DNA from: Octopus bimaculoides
Taxonomy: Eukaryota
DNA length: 64,000 nucleotides
Assembly (NCBI RefSeq): GCF_001194135.2
Contig: NC_068992.1
Span: forward strand, 34,573,225-34,637,224
Direction: 5' to 3'
Shown here: piece after piece, positions 36,172-48,022 of the stretch
Numbering within the stretch: the stretch's first letter is position 1
Layout of the letters: each line of letters opens with the position of its first letter
Translations under genes and position numbers: made by a program
The notes under the pieces: generated by a model
Told to the model about the DNA's origin: nothing
Databases searched by the model: none
The model's input: the letters and a program-made list of their open reading frames with translations, nothing else

Positions 36172-36364
36172 AATGACAAGGAAATAAACATGCTATAAAC
36201 TATCTTACACCTGTTTCTGCTATAAGAAGCAATGCACTCATAGTTGAATGCTTGAGTAATACCTTCATCAGTACATCAAACATGAAGTGCATTGCATCTT
36301 ATAGCAGAAACAGGTGTAAGATAATGAACTTCATAACATGATCATTTATTCTTTTGTCATTGTA
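36172..36364. repeat. Long inverted repeat / hairpin (37 of 38 bp core match, 47-nt loop)
   Basis: 36201-36238 tatcttacacctgtttctgctataagaagcaatgcact versus the reverse complement of 36286-36323; looser pairing extends outward. Confidence 0.9.
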
Positions 36365-36760
36365 GTTTCTTATTGCTGCTCTGTACTTGAATGATGCCTT
36401 TTTCTGAAACATATGTATATTGAGTGCTTACATCATGTTACGAGAATCACTATGTCTAAGTGAAACATATATATATATATATGGTACTCCAGCATGACCG
36501 CAGCTGTATAACTGAAACAAATATATATATTCAAGTCATTATCATCATATAACACTTGTCTTCCATGCTGGCATGGGCTAGATGGTTTGATTAATTCCAG
36601 TTATAAATAACTGTTTGGCCACCAATTCTTCAAAACATTTGTTTATGCACTATTATGAAGGTAGAAATACTATTCCTATATCTAACTGTAATAACATAAA
36701 CATGCAAATGTTTAAAACTGAATCCAACACCAGTTGTTAACCACCCACTAATTAATGATT

Positions 36761-36937
36761 GATAATAGTTGGATAGAACAAGGTAAAATGTTATTAAATT
36801 CACAAATATTCCCTAAACAGAAATTAGCATTTCCAATTGAATAAGTAACTCACAAATATGCTACAGCAATTGACTACTTCTTCATTCTGTCTCTCCTATT
36901 GCTACTGCTATAGATTTTGCTCTTCTGCATACCACTG
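36761..36937 (+). repeat. ~175-bp dispersed repeat, copy 2 (copy 1 at 17205-17381)
   Basis: Direct-orientation alignment by eye. Confidence 0.85.
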
Positions 36938-37663
36938 AAGAGCAAGTTAATAGATAACTTACTTTGATCATGGATATTAGTGTCCTAACATGAAAGAGGA
37001 ACAAGTATATATATGACTTTCACAGGTGGGTTGGGGGGCATTGGAGCCAAGTGAGTAAGAGGTTAGCAAGTGGCTATATTTTGTTTTAGACATTTGCTCT
37101 TGCATATTATTATAGTCAAAATGTTGTCAGAAAATTCTCAACTTTATAACATGTTTAAGAAAGGTGTATCATGAAGGTTTAGTGGGAAAATGTGATTAAT
37201 AATAATAACATAGCTGCATTCTTCTAAGAATTTACTTAGAACTAGTATTATATGACTTTTTAATCAGGCCAAATGGATAATTCTGCATGGGCCTGGAATC
37301 AAGCATGCTGAAAAACTTGTATATATTATATAACACACGTGCAAATAAACACATATACATACACATGCATATATAAACTTATACACACACAACTCTCAGT
37401 GAAACAAGCATGAATGCAATCTGCTCAGGCTTAACCATTATACATTTAAAATCAGTCTTTGGTGATCTTACCAATTATAACTGAATCCCCATCATTCTTT
37501 GTGACTTGCCATAAAGCACACAAACACCATAATATCATTTCCAACATCTTCATAATGAGGCCAGGAAGGTTTTAGAATGTTAATAGACTAATTGTTTCAG
37601 GCTTACATTTATAAACATAAATGACTAGGAAAACTAAGTACAAACTCCTTCGTAAATTCCCAA

Positions 37664-37731
<68 letters not shown>

Positions 37732-37734
<3 letters not shown>

Positions 37735-39675
37735 AAGTTGGTAGATCAGGTAATGAAAGTCACAGAGAAAGTCATAGCCCAACTAATTAGGGAGAGAGTC
37801 AGTTTAGATGAGATGCAGTTTGGGTTTGTGCCAGTGAAAAGCACCACTGATGCTATATTTCTGGTAAGACAGCTGCAGGAGAAATACCTAGCCAAGGATA
37901 AACCTCTGTACCTGACTTTCGTTGACATGGAGAAAGCCTTTGACAGGGTCCCCCGATCCCTTATCTGGTGGTCAATGAGGAAACTAGGGATAGAAGAATG
38001 GTTAGTGAGAGCTGTGTAAGCCATGTACAGAGACGCTGTCAGTAAGGTGAGGGTTGACAATGAGTACAGTGAAGGATTCCGGGTAGAGGTAAGGGTCCAC
38101 CAAGGTTCAGTCCTCAGCTCCCTCCTATTTATCATATTCCTCCAGGCGATAACAGAGGAATTCAAGACAGGATGCCCCTGGGAGCTCCTCTATGCTGATG
38201 ACCTTGCACTAATTGCTGAGTTACTATCAGAACTAGAGGAGAAGTTTCAGGTGTGGAAGCAAGGACTTGAATCGAAGGGCCTTAGAGTCAACCTAGCTAA
38301 AACCAAAGTCCTAATAAGTAGGAAGGTAGACAAAACACAAACCTCTTCAGGTAGATGGCCCTGCTCGATCTGTAGAAATGGCGTAGGTAGAAACTTTATA
38401 AGATGTACCCAGTGTAAGCTATGGACACATAAGAGNNNNNNNNNNNNNNNNNNNNNNNNNNNNNNNNNNNNNNNNNNNNNNNNNNNNNNNNNNNNNNNNN
38501 NNNNNNNNNNNNNNNNNNNNNNNNNNNNNNNNNNNNNNNNNNNNNNNNNNNNNNNNNNNNNNNNNNNNNNNNNNNNNNNNNNNNNNNNNNNNNNNNNNNN
38601 NNNNNNNNNNNNNNNNNNNNNNNNNNNNNNNNNNNNNNNNNNNNNNNNNNNNNNNNNNNNNNNNNNNNNNNNNNNNNNNNNNNNNNNNNNNNNNNNNNNN
38701 NNNNNNNNNNNNNNNNNNNNNNNNNNNNNNNNNNNNNNNNNNNNNNNNNNNNNNNNNNNNNNNNNNNNNNNNNNNNNNNNNNNNNNNNNNNNNNNNNNNN
38801 NNNNNNNNNNNNNNNNNNNNNNNNNNNNNNNNNNNNNNNNNNNNNNNNNNNNNNNNNNNNNNNNNNNNNNNNNNNNNNNNNNNNNNNNNNNNNNNNNNNN
38901 NNNNNNNNNNNNNNNNNNNNNNNNNNNNNNNNNNNNNNNNNNNNNNNNNNNNNNNNNNNNNNNNNNNNNNNNNNNNNNNNNNNNNNNNNNNNNNNNNNNN
39001 NNNNNNNNNNNNNNNNNNNNNNNNNNNNNNNNNNNNNNNNNNNNNNNNNNNNNNNNNNNNNNNNNNNNNNNNNNNNNNNNNNNNNNNNNNNNNNNNNNNN
39101 NNNNNNNNNNNNNNNNNNNNNNNNNNNNNNNNNNNNNNNNNNNNNNNNNNNNNNNNNNNNNNNNNNNNNCAAGAATGGATGAAGATAGCTGTGTGAAAAT
39201 GTGCCACACCCTAGCAGTTGAGGGAACCTGTGGAAGAGGTAGACCCAGGAAGACCTGGGATGAGGTGGTGAGGCACGACCTCCAAACATTGGGCCTTACC
39301 GAGGCGATGACTTATGACCGAGACCTTTGGAAATATGCTGTGCATGAGAAGACCTGGCAAGCCAAGTGAGACCTAAATCCAAGGCCTCTGCCAGGGGTGT
39401 AGCCAGCCCACTTATGCGTACCTTCCTTCATTGGACACTAAACTCTGTTTGCAAAGACCTGTTGAGGCAAATGAAATCGATCCAAATTTGACGACAGGCA
39501 CCCATGCCAACCTCTTCTTCACTAGACTCTAAACTCGGCTTGCGAAGACCTGTTGGGGCAAGTGAAATTGAAATTGTGATTGAACCAAATTCGATGACCG
39601 GCACCTGTGCTAGTGGAGCGCTAAGATCATCGTCCGAGCGTGATCATTGCCAGAGCAGCTGTCTGGTTTCCGTGC
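37732..39675 (+). mobile_element. RTE LINE (copy 4), 5'-truncated at (TA)n, 3' UTR truncated at a CR1 junction
   Basis: QFGFVPVKSTTDAIF, FVDMEKAFDRVPR, HQGSVLS, GCPWELLYADDL, WPCSICRNGVG zinc finger, GRGRPRKTW; N gap 38436-39169. Confidence 0.92.
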
Positions 39676-40890
39676 ACAACACCAATGTCATCATTGATTT
39701 CAGCAAAGCCTTTAGCAGGGTTGATCATAAGATTCTCTTGAAAAAACTATCCAACATTGGCATCTCAGGAAAGTTACTACAATGGATCAAGTGTTTCCTG
39801 ATGGACACAACCCAAAATGTTGTAGTTGAAGGAGTAGAATCAAGCCTAGCCAAAGTCAGTAGTGGCATTCCACAAGGCACAATGTTGGACCCACTTCTTT
39901 TCATTATCTACATCAATGACATTGGTGACATCATCAAGCACAGCAACATAAGAATCTTTGCAGATGATTCCAAGATCCAGACGGTCATCAATAAAGTGGG
40001 TGACTATACATGTCTTCAGTCAAATCTACTGGCTGTTATCCAATGGTCATAAAAGAATAATATGCTGCCGAACAAGCACAAATTTGAGTTAATCCACCTC
40101 AGAAAAGACAATACCCTGAAACTTCCAGATACCCTTCCTTCAAACGAAACTTCTATGGCATCCATCAACATCAGAGACTTGGGAATAATTGTGGACAACA
40201 ATATAAGCTGGGCCACTCATATAAACAGCAAAATTGACATGTCCTGCAGAATGTGCTCCTGGATTCTCAGAACCTTCCAGTCGAAAGATATCCAGACCAT
40301 TATCCTTCTCTTCTCCACTTTTGCCCGACCCCACCTTGAATACTGTTGTCCACTGTGGTCTCCCCACATGAAACAAAGTATCATGAAGGTTGAAGCATCT
40401 CAAAGGTCAATTACTAAAAAGATACATGGTATGATAGGTCTTGACTATTGCGGTCATCTAGAAAAGCTCAAGTTTTATTCTCTCCAACACCGCTGTGAGC
40501 ACTACATCATCTGCCTGATGTGGAAAATATTCCATTAGCATTGCCCAAATGATGTTGGCATCACCTTTAAGATACAACCAAAACTTGGGCCCCAAACTAT
40601 CCACCAATGACATGAATCATACTCGTATCACATAACAACAATATGGCACAATTATTTCATCTCAGTTGTCCCTGCTCTCTTTAACATTAGACCAAAACAC
40701 ATTAATGCAGAAACAGACCCCATAGAGTTCAAGAAGTCTTTGAACAAATTCATTCAAGAAATCCTGGATAAACCTCCTACACCCAGATATGTGTCCGTAA
40801 ACAATAACTCTCCACTTGAGTCGGCCATGTTGTCTGATTAATGATTTGAATGACTTGCCAATACTGGCCAAAACCTATCAAAGTATCAAA
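39676..40890 (+). mobile_element. CR1-clade LINE 3' portion (RT, with stops)
   Basis: IDFSKAFSRVDH, SGIPQGTMLDPLLFIIYINDI, FADDSKI, DLGIIVDNNISW, RPHLEYCCPLWSP; short-repeat tail atcaaagtatcaaat. Confidence 0.9.
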
Positions 40891-40903
40891 TAATATATAT
40901 ATA

Positions 40904-41074
40904 GGCGCAGGAGTGGCTGTGTGGTAAGTAGCTTGCTTACCAACCACATGGTTCCGGGTTCAGTCCCACTGCGTAACACCTTGGGCAAGTGTCTTCTACT
41001 ATAGCCTCAGGCCAACTAAAGCATTGAGAGTGGATTTGGTAGACGGAAACTGAAAGAAGCCTATCGTATATATG

Positions 41075-41117
<43 letters not shown>

Positions 41118-41328
41118 TTGTGTGTCTGTGTTTGTCCCCCCAACATCGCTTGACAACTGATGCTGGTGTGTTCATGTCCCCGTAACTTGCGGTTCGGCAA
41201 AACGAGACCGATAGAATAAGTACTAGGCTTCCAAAGAATAAGTCCTGGGGTCGATTTGCTCGACTAAAGGCGGTGCTCCAGCATGGCCGCAGTCAAATGA
41301 CGGAAACAAGTAAAAGAGTAAAAAAGTA
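40904..41328 (+). mobile_element. Young family B (OR-like) CORE-type SINE
   Basis: ggcgcaggagtggctgtgtggtaag (A box), ggttcagtccc (B box), ccttgggcaagtgtcttc core and an (agtaaaa)n tail. Confidence 0.9.
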
Positions 41329-41563
41329 NNNNNNNNNNNNNNNNNNNNNNNNNNNNNNNNNNNNNNNNNNNNNNNNNNNNNNNNNNNNNNNNNNNNNNNN
41401 NNNNNNNNNNNNNNNNNNNNNNNNNNNNNNNNNNNNNNNNNNNNNNNNNNNNNNNNNNNNNNNNNNNNNNNNNNNNNNNNNNNNNNNNNNNNNNNNNNNN
41501 NNNNNNNNNNNNNNNNNNNNNNNNNNNNNNNNNNNNNNNNNNNNNNNNNNNNNNNNNNNNNNN

Positions 41564-41644
41564 TTTCAGTTTCCATCTACCAAATCCACTCACAAGTCTT
41601 TGGTCAACCCAAATCAATAGTAGAAGACACTTACCCAAGATGCC
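41564..41644 (-). mobile_element. Family B SINE fragment, tail-to-tail with the previous copy across an N gap
   Basis: tttcagtttccatctaccaaatccactcacaag...gaagacacttacccaag. Confidence 0.75.
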
Positions 41645-42139
41645 AGCTGCCAACACATCTTATGCCCATCTCCTATGCTTAGACTGTCACTTTATACACG
41701 CCAGCTCAATTTGATTCGTCCTCAGTTGAAAGACAACTCTTGATATATTCTTGTTGTTTGTATTTGTAATTGTGTACCATGTTCTCTATTTTTTGTCTTT
41801 GTTGCTGTACACATTCACTAGATTTCTTACAAAACATTTAATACTCTTAGCTTCAACTTTTGATGGTGGGGCAACCAGAGTGAACATTGTTAATTTTCGT
41901 AAAAAAATTTTTTATTTCTTTATGCTTTGAAGAGAGCAAAAATTGAAAGAGAGGAGAAAGTGAAAGGCAACATTTGCTTTGAAGTGAAAACAAAAAGTGA
42001 AAGAGAGGAGAAAGTGAAAGATGTATGGATGTGTATGTTTGCATGTGTGCGTCAGAGAGAGAGAGAGAGAGAGAGAGAGGGAGTCAAGGTTTGTGTTGTC
42101 ATGTATGTATTTTTTTTTGCACTACAAGCACCGCCCCTG

Positions 42140-42830
42140 TATTAATATTAATATAAGTATCTATGGGTATAGGTATGTGTGTATGTATATGCACATGTAG
42201 ATGTATCTACATGTGTTGTTGATGTTATTGTTGTTGGTTTTTATTACTATAAATACTCCTCCTGTGTGTATTCACCTGCATATCCATTTGCTTGTTAGTA
42301 CATACGTGGGTGTATGTACGTGTATGTGCATATGTGGGTGTGTATATGTATATACATATATATATATGTGTGTATATATATATGTGTGTGTGTATATATA
42401 TATGTGTGTGTGTATATGTATGTATGTGTATATGTATAAGTGTGTATGTAGGTGGGTATGTAGTTGTGTACATACGGATGTACTGATTGTTGGTTACACA
42501 GTTGTGTATGTATGCATATGTATGGGTGTATGTGAGGGAACATAATTTGTATAGGGGAGTATATATGGGTGTGTATATGTATGTACAGATATGCATATAT
42601 AGACGGGTGTATGGAGAAATGTGTATGTATACATATGTATGTAGATGTGTGTATCAGCTTATGTCTATGTGTGTGTGTGCGGGCAAATGTGTGTATGTAT
42701 GTCCGTACATCAGTATGTGTGAACCTGGGTACCTACAATCATCCATGAAACTGTTGTGTGCCTGTGGAGATATATACACGTGGACATATATGCATGTGTG
42801 TATGCACATTTCGAGTATATAGGAGAATAT
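42140..42830. repeat. Mosaic (TG/TA)-rich cryptic simple repeat
   Basis: Alternating purine-pyrimidine low-complexity tract; source of spurious YVCM-type ORFs. Confidence 0.85.
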
Positions 42831-43259
42831 GGGGGCGACAGCCTTACGCATACTAGGGCCTCTGGTACTCAGCGATATTCTGCCAGGATTCGGACGGTCT
42901 TATTCATCGTTTGTCTGTTGGATCGATTATTATCTACTTATCTACCCATCTAAACCAATGTATTAATTAACCAGCCAGCGATATCGCATACGGTGGGGTA
43001 TTCATGCTGGTGGTGGCAGCAATAGCAATGACAACTATTTATTCATTCATTTACTCAATTATGTAAGCCAACGATAGCTAGGTAGGGTACTTAACCTTAG
43101 GGCTATACCCTTTCATTATTATCCCTATAGTAATTAACGCCCCTTGTTTTAACCGAACTGTGGAAACAATAAAATACAATCACACGTAAATTCACTAAAT
43201 CCACAAATAACCACCATAATGGCTCACTTTGAGTGTATCAACTTTGAGTAGGATACTTC

Positions 43260-43329
43260 TTAGCATATATATATGGGTGAGTGTGTGTGTATGTGTGCAT
43301 ATATTTGTGTATGTGTGTGTATATATATA

Positions 43330-43365
<36 letters not shown>

Positions 43366-43455
43366 AGTATGTGTATGTGTATGTATATATATATATATAT
43401 ATATATGTATATGTGGATGTGTGTGTATGCGTGTATATCTATATGTATATACATA
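43260..43455. repeat. (TG)/(TA) compound microsatellite
   Basis: Direct reading. Confidence 0.85.
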
Positions 43456-43777
43456 AGGATGGTGATTTTTTATTTATTTATTTATTTATTCTTATTATTA
43501 CTATTATTTTTATCTGCTTATAGTCTTCTTAAAAGTCTACTAATTTAATTCTATTGCCATTACATTAATATTTCTATCCCCACTATTTGAGTATAAAGTT
43601 GAATTAAGAGATGTGTGCTTGCGCACGTGCATGTGTAAATACATTTATGTACGCATGAGTATGAATATGGGGAGATATACATAGCACGCGTGTGTGTGTG
43701 TGAGGGTGTACGTAAGCAAGCTAGTACTAGCCTCTTGACCGGTTAGTGTCTATCCAACCGTAGCTAAGCTTAGACAG

Positions 43778-43852
43778 TGGATCTTTTTGGTTTGACGGGC
43801 AACATTTTTTTATGTAGTGTTTTTGGTACCGCCGTCAAACCAAAAAGATCCA
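43778..43852. repeat. Perfect 21-bp inverted repeat with 33-nt loop (mini-MITE-like)
   Basis: tggatctttttggtttgacgg (43778-43798) / ccgtcaaaccaaaaagatcca (43832-43852). Confidence 0.9.
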
Positions 43853-44087
43853 ATTAAATTAATGAATTCAACGGGATACACTGTCTGCAAGTAGTTGGGT
43901 TCAGCATATTATCCTCCATTTTCTAATTGATATACAAATTTGGGGTAACCCCCCCCCTTTACCCGCTCCCATTTATTGCACTTGGTATAACACTAGGGTA
44001 GCAATAATTGGGTACCCTCCCAGCAGTATATTCGATAGATATTATCCCCTAGTGGGTTGAACCCTCAACCCCTAACTCTCGCATTAT

Positions 44088-45523
44088 ATCATCATCGTTT
44101 AACGTCCGCTTTCCATGCTAGCATGGGTTGGACGATTTGACTGAGGACTGGTGAAACCGGATGGCAACACCAGGCTCCAATCTAATTTGACAGTTTCTAC
44201 AGCTGGATGCCCTTCCTAACGCCAACCACTCAGAGAGTGTAGTGGGTGCTTTTACTTGTCACCCGCACGAAAACGGCCACGCTCAAAATGGTGTCTTTTA
44301 TGTGTCACCCGCACAAGAGCCAGTCCAGGGGCCCTGGCAATGATCTCACTTGGCTTGCCGGGTCTTCTCACGCACAGCACNNNNNNNNNNNNNNNNNNNN
44401 NNNNNNNNNNNNNNNNNNNNNNNNNNNNNNNNNNNNNNNNNNNNNNNNNNNNNNNNNNNNNNNNNNNNNNNNNNNNNNNNNNNNNNNNNNNNNNNNNNNN
44501 NNNNNNNNNNNNNNNNNNNNNNNNNNNNNNNNNNNNNNNNNNNNNNNNNNNNNNNNNNNNNNNNNNNNNNNNNNNNNNNNNNNNNNNNNNNNNNNNNNNN
44601 NNNNNNNNNNNNNNNNNNNNNNNNNNNNNNNNNNNNNNNNNNNNNNNNNNNNNNNNNNNNNNNNNNNNNNNNNNNNNNNNNNNNNNNNNNNNNNNNNNNN
44701 NNNNNNNNNNNNNNNNNNNNNNNNNNNNNNNNNNNNNNNNNNNNNNNNNNNNNNNNNNNNNNNNNNNNNNNNNNNNNNNNNNNNNNNNNNNNNNNNNNNN
44801 NNNNNNNNNNNNNNNNNNNNNNNNNNNNNNNNNNNNNNNNNNNNNNNNNNNNNNNNNNNNNNNNNNNNNNNNNNNNNNNNNNNNNNNNNNNNNNNNNNNN
44901 NNNNNNNNNNNNNNNNNNNNNNNNNNNNNNNNNNNNNNNNNNNNNNNNNNNNNNNNNNNNNNNNNNNNNNNNNNNNNNNNNNNNNNNNNNNNNNNNNNNN
45001 NNNNNNNNNNNNNNNNNNNNNNNNNNNNNNNNNNNNNNNNNNNNNNNNNNNNNNNNNNNNNNNNNNNNNNNNNNNNNNNNNNNNNNNNNNNNNNNNNNNN
45101 NNNNNNNNNNNNNNNNNNNNNNNNNNNNNNNNNNNNNNNNNNNNNNNNNNNNNNNNNNNNNNNNNNNNNNNNNNNNNNNNNNNNNNNNNNNNNNNNNNNN
45201 NNNNNNNNNNNNNNNNNNNNNNNNNNNNNNNNNNNNNNNNNNNNNNNNNNNNNNNNNNNNNNNNNNNNNNNNNNNNNNNNNNNNNNNNNNNNNNCATTTT
45301 GGTTTTTGCTAGGTTGACTCTAAGGCCGTTCGATTCTAGTCCTTGCTTCCACACTTGAAACTTCTCCTCTAGTTCTGATAGTGACTCAGCAATTAGTGCA
45401 AGGTCATCAGCATAGAGGAGCTCCCAGGGGCAACCTGTCTTGAATTCCTCTGTGATCGCCTGGAGGACTATGATAAATAGGAGGTGGCTGAGGACCGAAC
45501 CTTGGTTGACCCTTACCTCTACC
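44088..45523 (-). mobile_element. Young RTE LINE (copy 5), 5'-truncated
   Basis: VEVRVNQGSVLSHLLF...GCPWELLYADDL; 3' end nearly identical to copy 3; N gap 44381-45294. Confidence 0.92.
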
Positions 45524-45540
45524 TCTGTATGTATATATAT

Positions 45541-45760
45541 GTAGCAATCCCTCGCCATATTGTGGTCACCTATTGTGCTTTATTATTTAAGCTTACGTTG
45601 ATGCCTCTGTGGTATTCTCTTGCATTTATAATAAAATAAATATTTACAAATAAAAATAATTCAAAAAAATATACAGTACAGTATTGTTTCTACTTTGCAG
45701 ATTTTCACCTATTGCAGGGGGTTGGAATATAGCACTCACAATAGTCGAGTGGTTACTGTA
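45541..45760. mobile_element. Possible pogo/Tigger-like MITE
   Basis: Termini tagcaatccctcgccatattg and reverse complement tacagtaaccactcgactattg; TA context. Confidence 0.45.
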
Positions 45761-46743
45761 TGTATATATAAACCGAGATGGTTTTTGTTGGTACTAAATT
45801 CTAGGTTGGTTCTAATTCAGTGGCCTTAAAGTAAAAGCATTCTTTTTTTCCATCCTGTAATTTTGTATATCTTGGAAGAACTTTTTCAGATGTGTCCTTA
45901 TTTTATGACATGACAATTGTTTGCAGATGGACTCAGTACACTCATTGATACATAACTCTTGAGTAATTGTTATAGCTGATATTGAATTGTAGGCAAGAAG
46001 CATGGAAACATTCTTGTGCTTGTTTCTAATTTTATTATGGCTGAATTTGAAAGTCTCCGCCTTTTGATATTAGGTTTGTTTCAGTAATTAGGAAATGGTT
46101 TTCTCATAGCATTTGTGATTAGTTTATTACAAGAATGTAAAGGTTTTTGAATGTTTTATTATATTTTGTTATTGATATAGTTCCTAAACAAACTAACCGA
46201 TGAAAATATGCACATAGCAAATTAGGAGACAGAAAACCTATATGTGAAAATTTAACATCCACAGAAAAAAAAAAATCATAAATTACTGATAAAAAATATC
46301 CATTAAATAATATTGTCACAACAATATTTAATGAGCAGAAACTTTTACACTAGGATTTTGGATATTATTTATTTTCTAAAATAACATTAGAGCTGGAAGA
46401 ACTAAAGAAAGGAAAAACTCTCTTCTACATAACTTTAGCAAATGACTTATTTTTTCCCTATTATGGGCCACTTTTATTTGATTGAATTTTCCTACAAAAT
46501 CCAGGCCTTTGAAAAGTCTATCTATTCAATAAAGTGATTTTATTAACTTACCACAAAGTTATTTTCCCAAATTGATAATTATACATTTACAGTGGCCTTC
46601 AAATTTTAAAAGCAGCTCACAGACCCTCAAGACTACATTTGTAGAGAAACCAGAGATTTGAGAACCCCAGGTTTAGGAGCCATTTCATACAAATAATGTA
46701 AGAAATAAAGTAGAAATACTGTAAGAATATTAAAAATATATTA

Positions 46744-48022
46744 GGAGGGTTGGCTGACAGGTTCATAGGCTGACCAAGGTTCCCTCATGGAATATGACCA
46801 AATGAGGTTTACATTTTAACATAGTTCTTTTTGCAAACCACACACTTCTTCTACCGGTGTTGCAGTGCTTCGATCCCTTTTGGTGAAGAAGCTTTCATCC
46901 TGCTGATAAAAGAATTTCATCAACAGCAGATATGACATCATTATCACTGTGATACTGGTTCCCAGCCAAGTTTTTTATATGTTAGGGAACATATAATAAT
47001 CAGATGGGGGCCAAATCAAGAGAATAATGTTTTCATCAACCAGTTCAAAGCCACAGCCACACACAGCAGCCATTGAAACCAAGGACCTGTGTGCTGGAAC
47101 ATTGTCCTGATAAAACAAAACACCTTTCTTCAGTTTTCCTGGGTATTTGGTCGTGATAGCCTTTCGTAACTGCCTCAGCAAGTTGATATAGTACTCTTCA
47201 TTGATGATGTGGCCCTTCTGAAGATAGTCAATAAATACGATGCCTTTTGTATCCCCCAAAACTGATATTCACCTTTCCTGCAGATGAAACAACCTAGGCC
47301 TTCTTTGGAGAAGGTGAGGAGGGATATTTCCACTGCATGGATAGTCTCTTTGTCTTTGGCTCAAAGTGATGAAGCCAACGATCACACTGGATTAGAAAAC
47401 ATGCATGGAAACCAGCTGGATCTGCCTCAAACAATGTCAGATTTTTCCATGATGTAATCAGCCTGGGGTGCTTTTAATAAGGTGTCAGATGTAACACCCA
47501 CCAAACAGAAACCTTCATCATGCCAACTTCATTGTGCAGAATATTCTCAACTTTCTCAAGGGATATGCTAATAGCATTGGCTTTTTGATTTATAGTCAAT
47601 CATCCATCGTCCATTATCATGTGGTGAATATGATTAGTATTTTCCAAAGCGAAGGCAGTTGCAGGATATCTTGACATAGGGTCATCTTCAAGATTATTCC
47701 TTCCCCTCCTAAATTCAGTTGCCCACTTTTACACTGTTGATAAAGCTGGAGTGGATGTAGCAATCATGTCAGCATGTATGTCCTTGGGGGCCCCTTTTTC
47801 TTGGGGTACTTGAAAACACCACAATGCCAAAATTTGTCCATTTTCAAGGGAAGTTTACTACCAGTTACTTTTTAAGTCCCCTTTGAACAGTCAGATGTCA
47901 GTTTGTCTGAAAAGAAACAATGCAGTTATTAATGAGAAGAATTGAAAATAATGCATGCAAGATTACACAGCTGTAGCGTCACTCCTTCATAATCAGCCTA
48001 TGAATGTTTCAACCTACCCTCC
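46744..48022 (-). mobile_element. Full-length (1279-bp) mariner element with decayed D,D34D-type transposase
   Basis: TIRs ggagggttggctgacaggttcataggctga / reverse complement ggagggtaggttgaaacattcataggctga; TA TSD at 46742-46743 and 48023-48024; ATG near 47841; GIVFIDYLQKGH, FYQDNVPAH, PSDYYMFPN. Confidence 0.92.

Noticed and set aside
40904-41000. tRNA-like A/B boxes at SINE heads
   Set aside because: No cloverleaf; these are SINE promoters, not tRNA genes.
42201-43548. Many 60-120 aa ORFs rich in Y/I/C/V/M/H/T (also 646-873, 12205-12461, 55518-55996, 58407-59141)
   Set aside because: Translations of (TA)n, (TG)n, (AAT)n and mosaic microsatellites.
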